Source of the DNA: Tubiluchus corallicola
Lineage: Eukaryota > Animalia > Priapulida
Assembly: GCA_030141605.1 (NCBI GenBank)
Contig: JAQGDQ010000310.1
Location: 216,361-280,360 of the forward strand
Length of the DNA stretch: 64,000 nt
Direction: 5' to 3'
Below, in pieces: positions 49,101 through 61,100 of the stretch (the stretch's first letter is position 1; every line of letters begins with the position of its first letter). The position numbers and the translations under genes are program-made. A model generated the notes under the pieces. It saw only the letters and a program-made list of their open reading frames with translations. It was not told the origin of the DNA and made no database searches.

Positions 49101-52100
49101 TGATGCAAATGAAAGCAACAAAAACTTTAGCCATTGTTACCTTTGCTTTTCTGGTATGTTGGGGTCCCCTTTCTCTGTATCATACAGTTTGTTATATATT
49201 GCCTTATGAAGAGAAACATGAAATAGATCAGGCTTTATATGTATTTGGATTTATCAACAGTGCCATTAATCCAATCGTTTATGCACTGTCTAGCACCGAT
49301 TTTAGATGGGCTTTCAAAATGTTGCTTTCACGTGAATTGTAAAACTTAATGCGAAAAACTTTTACGTGAATTGCTTTCAGTTAATTATAGCTGAGTTAAT
49401 AGCACGAAACTGAGAAACCGCACAAGTGAGCAAAATTCTTCAAATAGAGCACACAATTGACCAAGTTTTTTGAAGCCAACATCCAAGTAATGTTTCAAAG
49501 ATGTGCTACAAAATTGAGCAACATCTTATGTGTAATAGATCGTCATATTAATAAGCTTGATATAATGATGCAGAATTTGGAATGATGAATGCAACTTCTT
49601 TTCATCTGTGTCTGATAGCTACTGAAAGATACGTAGCTGTTGTTCATCCATTCAAGTATCACACCCTCATGAGAAAAGAAGCCGTGTTTGCTGCACTTTG
49701 CATTACTTGGACTTTAGCTTTAATTCAGGCTGTTATTAATATTATATTGAGATTTGTGTTTAAGATGCAGAGTATGATAATTCTTGACAATATTTTAGTC
49801 TTTTATTTACCAGTGCTTATGATTCTTGTGCTGTATGTCCTAATTTGGAGAACTGCAAGAAGGCATATCTTACAGATACACAGTCAAGGTCAGGGAAGCC
49901 AGGCAAATATGATGCAGATGAAAGCAACAAAAACCCTTGCCATCGTAACCCTTGCTTTTCTTTTATGCTGGGGACCTTTAACTTTGTATGGCACTTTTGT
50001 TTATATGTTGCTTTATAAAAGGAAATATGAAATATCTAAGGTTTTATTTTCGTTTGGATTTACCAACAGTGCTGTTAACCCAGTAATATATGCATTTACT
50101 AATAGTGAGTTTAAGATGGCTTTCAAGAAGATTTTGCATTACAATTAATAATGCACAAATCCATTAATAATGAGTAACGTAAATTATATTTGAGTGTACT
50201 TTGCATGTCCTGTCTGGTTATGCGATGGCTAAATTAATTTTACATGTAGTATTATAATTGTAATAGCTAAAGCCAGTGTATGCGCTTTGTGCCTGCAAAT
50301 AGAAACATTATTGTTGTGGCTATATATAAAACTCTTTAATATATTGATAACTTTTTATTGTATAATTGTATTGTGAAAATGAAAGCACATAATCTGCTTT
50401 TATTTCTAGCAGTGTTTTGCCTTGTTACTTCATTGCCAGATTTGCCATTGTTACTTCATTGCCAGATTTGCCATGAGTAACGGAGACTTTTGGTAAAAGA
50501 GACTTAACACCTGGTAGCTTGTTTCTTCTATCTTTCCTGATGGGTGATATAAGGCTGTAACGGTTTTAGCTCTGAAAATCAACTGAGTTGTGCCAATGTT
50601 TTAATACAAACACACAACCAACACAATTACTCAAGAATAACATTAATCTAGAATGTCACATTTCAGAAATAAGGCTAGTTTATTTCTCATGGTTTTTATT
50701 GATAACCGAAAACCTTTTTGTTTTGTTATTTTCAGCTGATAATTGTTTTAGTTTGCAAATGAGGAATCCAAAACTGTTACCAACAGTAAGAAGTTGCTTG
50801 CAATTATAGCAATACCCGAAAATGCAAACAGCAGAACTTTTATCACAATTTTTGTACTTTGAAGTAAAATCAAGAAAAGGCGAAGTCAAATTTTCAGTTT
50901 TTTAAAAAACAAGTCAAAACCATCTCTTACCAAATTGCTAAAATTTAGCAAGGCTTACGGAGTTGTGAGGAGAGACTAGTTTATCCCAACTATCAGCATC
51001 TATGTCTACCAGTCTGGAACGATCCTAGGTTTTCCAAGTTATTTTCTTTTGATTTAGACGACATCACTAATTCGTTTTTCAGCCAAGCATTGGGTCCGTT
51101 CCCACGGCAGAACAGCAAGAAGCCACGCAGAAGCAGTCAGAGAGAATTTCCTCGCTTTTCAAACGGCAGCTGAGCATACCTCTTCAAGGTAATATTAGTA
51201 AACTGATTAAGAAAACCAAGGTCTTGTCATCCGTTAATAACCAATTGTTTTTTTTGTTTCACATTTTTATTACGTGTTACTATAACTTATTGATACTATA
51301 ACTTATTTTTAATATCCAGAAATTATTCATAAGGAGCACCCTTAAAGCACAAGAAAACCCTCCACTTACCTAAAGCTTAAAAAATTCGTCTCGAAATTTT
51401 ATACCGCTTTCATACTACCTTTTCGTTTGAATGGCTTGCATCGGCCGTAACGCTGTATCAAACGTGTAAATTTAAACTCCCGCAATGACCGTTAGGCACA
51501 GCCATTTTAATTGTATGTCGTTTGAAACAAGTTTTGATAACATTGCGTAAAGTTTGAAAAATAATCAGAGCATTCGTAACCCACATGTCACTAACTAAGT
51601 AAAATTTTAAATTACTGTATATTGTCAATAAGATTAAAAATACGTTTTTGGTTAGTGAGTGGCGCACCCTGGAGGGTGAGTCAGTGACATTTTACCATTT
51701 GGCACAAAGATTTTAATTTATTAGTCTAGTTAGATAGACTTCAATTGTTAAAAAGTGTAGAAAATATAAAGTGTTTAGTGACTTTTGAGGCACCCTGTGC
51801 AATGGAACAAAATTTAGTAGAAATTTTCAGCTGCATTGCATAGATTTTCTTGTATGTGACCAACTGATGGAGTATCAGTGAATGAATAAACGACGTTTAA
51901 TGATTGATGAAATCTTTTGCAGGAATGGAGTCAGTTTATGAAGAGTACGCCGAGTGGCTTTCCGACATGCCGGAACAAAACGTGACAAAGTCTTTCGAAA
52001 AAGCCAAAGTCCAACTTCAAGAGCTGATGGTTTACGAAGAAAAACTGGTAAGTGCAGCTGTCTTCATTCAACCTTCCAACAAGTGCCCAATGGTTTTTTT

Positions 52101-55100
52101 GAAAACTTTTTGAGTCGTAGTTTGTAAATATGACGTCATTGGAACTGTGGCACAGACTGAGTTGTGCCAGATCATTTACACTTGTGTCTGCATTGTTTAC
52201 AATTGTGTCTGCATTGTTTACCGTTATTTCTGCATTGTTTAGCATTGTGTCTGCATTGTTCACAATTGTGTCTGCATTGTTTACCGTTGCGTCTGCATTG
52301 TTTAGCATTGTGTCTGCATTCTTTACAATTGTGTCTGCATTGTTTCAATTGTGTCTGCATCACTTACAATTGTGTCTGCATTGTTTACAATTGTGTCTGC
52401 ATTGTTTACCAGACTCTTTAAAGGGAAGAAAAGGCAGTCTTAAACTAGAGTCACGCATCTTTATAGTGCTTATTACTGAGACGCCATAAAAAGTTGGCAT
52501 TAAGTGAGTTTGGACTCATCACTGTTGAATCTGGATTGGTTGCAGCAGCTGATGATGTCACATTCATTTTAAACCCGTATTCACCAGATTTCCAGAATTG
52601 TACATGATTGTTACGGTTAAACCTGCCTTGGGATTGCAAAAAAAGATGCCGCTATAGCGAGTCTGGCATCATATGGCATTGGCATGAGGTGCATTAATGC
52701 ATACATGTCTGTGCAAGTATTAAGCCAGGCCGGCATCATAGAGGGGGGACATTATAACAAGGTTTGACTGTACGTCCCAAAAATGTGAAAGTTTCAAGAC
52801 AAACATTTTTAGCTTTATGTAAGTAATGGGTTTTCTTATGTTTTGAAACGGTTGTTCTTAGTGTAACTTTCATCTTAAGAACACGTTTAAAAATACTCAG
52901 TTCGACAGTTTTAAGAATCGCTATGAAACAATAACTATGCACACAAAACTAATCAAAAGCTCGTAAATTGTGATAATAATCTTCTTTTAGGCACAAGCCG
53001 AGGGCAACACTTTACCAGCCTATCAGGAGTATATAGATTATGAAAAGAAGCAGGGCAACCCCGCACGCATTCAGTTGATCTACGAACGTGCAGTCACCGA
53101 TAACTGTCTCAGCTTGCCACTCTGGATACAGTACACTAAATATCTGGTAAATTTATCATTTAATGTACAGGTTATTGTTGACTTACGACTATAATTGGTT
53201 CTCGCCAGTAGGTCGTAAGACGAACTGAACGCAAGTCGGACCCTTATACTAAGGGTTGACAAAAGTCGTAAGTCGATGACTACCTGTGCAGAACTATCAC
53301 TACCTTTATGTTTACATTTGTGGCAACGTGTTTTCGTTAATTTGAACACTTTCCCTACGTAATTTTGTTTTTGGTGACTAATAGTACATCTCTGAATTCT
53401 AGAGGTATCTTCGTAATTGTTGTCACTTTTGTAATCATCGTTTTGATTTTTGAAAGTTTTTCGCATCAAATAGTAAATTTGAATTTTCGCATTTTGTGCG
53501 ATCAGCAGAGGCACCGAACCGGAGCTGTATTGCGAATCATTAATGTATAGATGCATTAACCTGCAGAGGCACCGAACCGGAACTGTATTGTGAATCATTA
53601 ATGTATAGATGCATTAACCTGCAGAGGCACCGAACCGGAACTGTATTGTGAATCATTAATGTATAGATGCATTAACCTGCAGAGGCATCAAACCGAAGCT
53701 ATATTGTGAATCATTAATGTATAGATGCATTAACCTGCAGAGGCATCAAACCGAAGCTGTATTGCGAATCATTAATGTATAGATGCATTAACCAGCAGAG
53801 GTACCAAACCGGAGCTGTATTGCGAATCATTAATGTATAGATGCATTAACCTGCAGAGGCATCAAACCGAAGCTGTATTGTGAATCATTAATGTATAGAT
53901 GCATTAACCTGCAGAGGCATCAAACCGGAGCTATATTGTGAATCATTAATGTATAGATGCATTAACCTGCAGAGGCACCGAACCGGAGCTGTATTGTCAA
54001 TCATTAATGTATAGATGCATTAACCTGCAGAGGCACCAAACCAAAGCTGTATTGTCAATCATTAATGTATAGATGCATTAACCTGCAGAGGCACCGAACC
54101 GGAGCTGTATTGTCAATCATTAATGTATAGATGCATTAACCTGCAGAGGCACCGAACCGGAGCTGTATTGTCAATCATTAATGTATAGATGCATTAACCT
54201 GCAGAGGCACCGAACCGGAACTGTATTGTGAATCATTGATGTATAGATGCATTAACCTGCAGAGGCACCGAACCAGAACTGTATTGTCAATCATTAATGT
54301 ATAGATGCATTAACCTGCAGAGGCACCGAACCAGAACTGTATTGTGAATCATTGATGTATAGATGCATTAACCTGCAGAGGCCCCAAACCAGAACTGTAT
54401 TGTGAATCATTGATGTATAGATGCATTAACCTGCAGAGGCACCAAACCAGAACTGTATTGTGAATCATTGATGTATAGATGCATTAACCTGCAGAGGCAC
54501 CAAACCAGAACTGTATTGTGAATCATTGATGTATAGATGCATTAACCTGCAGAGGCACCAAACCAGAACTGTATTGTGAATCATTAATGTATAGATGCGT
54601 TAACCTGCCTTTCATGTTTAACTAAAATCTCTCAGCTACATTGCTGCGTGTGCCTGTATGAAATTAGGAGCCTGGCCAATTGAGGCTTGAAACTGCATTC
54701 AATCTGAACTGACACTTGAGCAAAAAATTGTTTAAAGTTACTTTCCTAAGTTATGCTGAGATTTGAAACTTGTTTTTTGTTTAACTTTCTGATGTAGCAA
54801 TTATATCTATCCAGGGGTGTATTAAGACTTTACAACGCTCTAGGCTGATAGTTCTGTCCTGCCCATCTCTATTGTAAATTTATGATCATTTATGTAATGA
54901 GCAGATCAAACAAGTACTTGTGGTGTATTAGAAACAGTATTAACCTAGTTTTTACGTAGTCATTATTAATTTACATGTATTTGCATAGCGCTTATGTTCA
55001 AACAGGCTGCGCAGCTACTTATTGTGTAATACCGTGCACCTATGTGTGGCACTTATATAAAAGTTGAGCTCAGTAACTGCCTGTGGTGTGTTATAAAATG

Positions 55101-58100
55101 TGCCTTTAACATGAATATGAAAGTATATACATTTTTTGAGGAGAATAAGAATTTTTTCTAAAATGTGACGCCCTCAAACTTTTACGGCCCTAGTAGGCCT
55201 CTTGGCTAATACGACCCTGAACTGAAACAGAGTGTGGCGCATTGTTTCATCTCGGCACCGGTAAAACGCTTTATACATTGTCCCTCGCTACTTCGCAGTT
55301 CGTTTATCACAGACGCGCTGTTTCGCGGGTTTTTGCGGTACTCCGTCTAAAGTATTTTTGCACATGCGTAGTACGTATTGTACAGAAATGTATAGATTTG
55401 ATGAGTTTTGCATAAAAAATCAAAATGTATAAAAATATATTAAAAGTATTAATTCTAACATTAAAAGAATATTATAAATCACAAAAATCACCATTTACAG
55501 TAAATAGTGTACTTATTCGGCGGATGAATGCACACCAAAAACGAAATGTAGTACTTGCGCCCGCTTGAGATGCTACTTGGTGACGTGAGATTGTACACAA
55601 CACGTAAAGACTTAAAATAATGTATAACTACTAAAATAAGTATAGCGTCCCTACTTCGTGGAAATTCACTTATGACGGGTGGGCCTGGAACGGAACACCT
55701 GCGATAAGTGAGGGAACACTGTGATTGATTTTCTTTGCTGTTAGATGTGTAAAAAGTGCCAAAACACTAGCTAGCCATTCTCTCTCCTGTCATGGTACTA
55801 ATGGGACTGTCTATGTGTAAAGAGGTCAGATTACTTTTTATGGTAATGAGTAACGTAATGTAATTACTCTGTTGAGTCTCGTAATCAGATTTGCTCGTTA
55901 CTTTGGCTGCAATGGTACTTAACCTGCATCGCTTACAAACCCAAGGATAACATTTTAAACATTTTGCAAATGCAGAAAGACTAAATGTAACAGTCGCTGC
56001 ATCTTGTGTGCAGGGAAGGAACTGTTACAGTCGACCCTCGTTAAACCGGACCCCGTTAGCCCGGATATCGGATAAGACGGACGTCATCTGTGGTAAAGGA
56101 AACTGACCGATTTCCGTCCGAGCCGGAGTGCTAAACACAACACGGCCTACAAACTGTACAATAATTTCTTTATCCTCACAGGTTAACTATTTTAAAGTAA
56201 TATACAGTATAGTATATAGTGCACAGTGTATAGTGCAATGTATATAGGCCTTATTAAGGTGATTATTCCTGTATAATATAGACCATATATAGGCATATCG
56301 GATAAATCGGACAGTCGGCTAAACCGGACCACCCACCCCCCAATTAGTCCAGTTTAACGAGGGTTGACTGTACTTGCATCTAAAAACTCTGGTGCAGTAA
56401 ATTTTGCTAGAAAATTGTAGAATGAATTAATCTGATGACAGATTTACGCAAACTGCAGAAACAATGCTCTAATTTCACTAAAGCCAAACAGATGTGCGAT
56501 GTTTCGCTAAAGCATCAGCAGCAGCAGCAGCAGCAGTAGTAGATAGTATATCACAATGATTTACAAAGATTAAAGAAGGGCGGGATGGTGAAAGACCAAA
56601 ATGTCACCTAGCCAGCCATCCCTAAATAGTGAGTCTACTAATTTCAGCATGGCGAGCAAATATTGTTAGAACAAAGTAAAGATTTGAATAGGAAAACAGA
56701 TCAAAATTATATTAATAGCAAACAATTATGGTAAATAAAATTATGCAAATTTATGCAAAACAAAGTGAAAACAAAATTAGTAAAGCAGAGTTCTGTGGGT
56801 AAAACTAACTAATTAAAAGCAAAATAGCTAACAAACTAATTTGACTATGCAATAGTGACACTAAAAGAAGCAAAGTTGCATCTACTTTGTAATGAGTTAT
56901 CACTAAGGATTTCCCTTGGGGAAAAGTAATTAATAGTTAGTAATTTGATTACAATATCTCTGATACAATCAGTAATCTATGAACTATGAACTATGAATTT
57001 ATTTTCACACATCAAAATACAATGTCAAACACATTAATAAACTTTAAATAAAATAATTTGAGTAGTGCGAGGTGAGTGTACGACCATACGGTCATTAACA
57101 CACTCACCTTACTTAAATGAAAAAATGATTATAGTTATGCATGCTGCTGTAGATAACTTAATGTAAATAAGGATGAAGTAAATGATGTAATAATAGCAAT
57201 GGTATAAGAGCAATAAACCTGAAAGTTGAAAAAGGAAAACATAATATGTAATTACGATTTTGAGGGAGCCTTAAAGAGTGAAAAAAATTTTTTTTTAAAT
57301 AGTTACGAATATGAATTATGTGATTATCTGTCAATGTACCACTTACTTGTATTACAATGCACCATATTGCTTACTTGTATATACAATGATATACATATAC
57401 ACATATATATACCCAAATTTAAGTGTGGGAAAAGAGATTAAATTATACATTATACTTGTAGTAATAACTATAATTGTATAGAACATTTAGATATAATTGA
57501 TGGTAGTAATGTAGCCCTCGTAACCATTAAAGATGGGCTATGGGGAGGGAGGGGTGCAAATTACAGTGATTCAGTTATTAGTGAATATTAGTGATTCATA
57601 TTCTTATAATTTGCCCCCTCGCCCTCACCATAGCCCATCTGTAATGGTTATGATGGATCACTTTTCAAAAGTAACGAAGCCAACTTTGTCACAAGGAGAG
57701 GATTAAATGATGCCAACATGCTTTATATTCTCCAGCCGGGGTTTACATTGTATATATTTCTATTGTGCCGTTCTACCTATGCACTATTTCCAGGATCGTG
57801 AGCTAAAGATACCTCATCTTGTCTTGGACGTCTACGAGAGATCTGTAAGGAACGTGTCGTGGTCTGCCACCTTGTGGGAGAAGTACATATTAGCCACGGA
57901 GCGCAACAACGAAGCGCATGCTAAAGTGATAGGTGAGTTATGCAAATTTCTAGTCACTTTTGTTTTAACTCACAAACAGTTTTTTCTTGTTTGATAGCAA
58001 GACAAGATGATTCTATGGTGTAAAATAACAAATTTTTAAGAAAGAATGACTAATATTCTATATTCACACAGGTACTACAATCAATGACTGCCATTTTCCA

Positions 58101-61100
58101 ACTCAATATTGTAGTGTTTTATACGTCATTTCTATTAAAAAATAAAAAAGGCCATTTTACAAATTTGCATTTAACTGAAGGCTGCTATGAGCTCAGTTAT
58201 GTTCGATAATCAAATTAATCAACTTTATATTAAGCTAGAATATCAAATTAATTGCGCTCAGTTAGTCCAATAAACTTATTTATTATAACTCAAGTTCTAG
58301 ACTTTACTAAACACAAATCACTCATTAAATAAACCTAATTTGGTAATTTACTAATTTATACGACGTTCTATCAAATTGATAAGATTGTCATTCATTAAAC
58401 TAAAATGTTCAAAGTGATCAGTTCATAATGATTCAAAATGATACAAAATGATGTATTTACTTACATCGTATGTCTCCATAAAGCAAATCTAGTATTTACC
58501 AATATATCTGACAAATTATGCCACTATCATACTGTGAAAAACTACTTTTAAAGAAGCCTGTTAACGTCTACCAACTCGCTTGCCCAGGTAGAAACAGATC
58601 TGCACAGGTGAGTGACCGTGGTCACGTGACCAACGAGTTACTTGGCAAAATTCCCTACAACATGTTATTAGGAGGCCTAATAAGCAATTTCATGCGTGGT
58701 TAGTGAGAGAACTATATGGGTACTTGTTCCTCGTATGTTAGCATTAGTTTTCCGCAGAATTTAGCGCCACCTATGTTCATTTCTTGCAGCGATCCAAGAA
58801 CGCGCCATTTCTTCCGTTCAGGCTCAGTCCGGACAAGAATTACGAGATTTGTGGTTGACGTGCATAGATTACATGCGACGTCGGATCAACTGGGAGGAAG
58901 GTAGGCATGTATTTTACTCCACTCTACACTGATCTAATCTAATCCATACTACTCTGCCCTTTCTACTCTAATTTGCTCTAATCTAATCTAATCTACTCTA
59001 CACTAATCTAATCTAATCTACACTACTCTATTCTAATCTAACTTAATCTAATCTAATCTGTTCTAGTCCATTCTACACTGATCTAATCTAATCCATGCTA
59101 CTCTGCTTTTTCTACTCTAATCTAATGTAATCTAATCTAATTTGATTTAATGATTAGATTAGATTCTAATCTAATCTAATTTAATTTATAATTTAACCTC
59201 ATCTAATCTTATCTATTCTACTCCACTCTAGACTAATCTAATCTAATCCATACTATGCCTTTTCTACTAAAATCTGCTCTAATCTGCTCTAATCTAATCT
59301 AATCTAATCTAATCTAATCTAATCTAATCTAATCTAATCTAATCTAATCTAATCTAATCTAATCTAATCTAATCTAATCTAATCTAATCTAATCTAATCT
59401 AATCTAATCCAATCCAATCCAATCCAATCCAATCCAATCCAATCCAATCCATTCCAATCCAATCCAATCCAATCTAATCTACATTATTCTATACTCTATT
59501 CTAATCTAATTTAATCTAATCTAATCTATTCTACTCTACTCCACTCTACACTAATCTAATCTAGTTTGGTGTTTAGTTGTTTGTGACCACAATGTTGCCA
59601 AACTATCATTTAGATCACGCAGAAGATGTGGAAAGATTAAGAGACACGTTCCAACGTGCCGCTCGCCATTTGTCACAGTCGTACGGACAAGACGGGGATC
59701 CGGAGAGTCGGATTCGACAGTACTGGGCTAGATTAGAGGTAGCCTCACATTTCTTTTCCAGTCCATTAATGATGTGCTTGCAGTAACTATATTAAAGGAA
59801 GACCGGATGATTGCGTAGACTCAATCTCAATTTAATTTACTGTCCAAAATATACATGTTCTTGCCTATAAAAGTTAGCAATTGTTTCTTACATTTGAATA
59901 ATTAGTTTAGAACATTCATTAATAGCAACCGAACACAGGTATTGCTTACGTCACAAACTAACCACAATTTGTGTAATGGCAGACGTCTTCCCTTGCGTTT
60001 GCGTAAGTGTTACTACTTAAATTCGTAATGTCACGAAAAATGGGCTCTACATCATATGACGTCAGAAGCTAACACAACAGTTCATTATCATGGTTATCAC
60101 GGTACCGCCTTCTATTTGTCGGCCATGCGAATGTGACAAAAAGGCGCCGCTGCCAATCTTAGAAGTTTCACTGAGCCGAGCGTAGCTTTGAAAGTTTAAC
60201 AAAATTTGAGTATCCGAGCATTTTTCATTCTGAACTCGTGTTTACACAATCATTCGGTTTTCCTTTAACAGGGGGTGAGGTAAATTTGAATGTGGAAAAT
60301 GTTGTTTTTTGCTATTCCACCATTCTTGCCTCCATATTGTTGGGATCAGAATTAAATGCTTTTTTTCGTCATGTTAGGAAAGTTGTGTTTATTATTGATA
60401 TTATGTATTTTTGCACCACATAAAGAAGCTAGGAGGTGCGATAAATTGCTTACATGTTCACATAGTATTTCAATGTATTTATTGTCTTCATTGGGTGTTG
60501 TTGGAACTAAAATTAAATGAAAAATCATTTTTAGTGTTTTCCAATCACTTGTTTAATAAGGCTACGCAATGAGGAAAGATTTCCCATATTGTAATTAGTT
60601 CACAATTGCCTCTTCAGGGTATTTACTGTAAAAACATGACGAGAGCGAGAGAAATTTGGAATGACATCATGAATGAGGGACATAGTAAAGAGGCTCAGAT
60701 GTGGCTGCAACTTCTCTCATTAGAACGGTTTGTAGTTTTCTGCATTTCATTTTAATTAGTGTTTAATTAATTAAGTGAAAATTGTACATATTTATCCCCA
60801 TATTTAGTTTGGTAAAAAGCTCTCACAATACCAGCTGGTAAATGTTTTTGCAGGTTTCTCGTTACAGGAGCATCCCTAACCCATGCTGNNTTCTAATTAG
60901 TGGTAGGACGTCGGCTGCATTTTCATAATCGTTTAATCTCTGATATGCAGGGATGAGAATTTTCCGCGGATACGCGGAATTCCGAGTTTTTGGAAGACCA
61001 GTAGTGCCATTTTTGTAAATCGGTTGAATTCGTTGAGAAAATTTTTACGGAGGCAGTACATTATTTCACAAGCTGACCGCTAGGTGGCAGGCCGTCACTT

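Noticed and set aside
49569-49574. Splicing of the TM3-TM7 GPCR fragment into SART3 or into GPCR copy A via tgcag
   Set aside because: No polypyrimidine tract before the AG and no convincing phase-compatible donor; unsupported without transcripts
51931-52489. Cys-rich and NNAD repeat ORFs
   Set aside because: Translations of a 21-bp intronic tandem repeat in several frames
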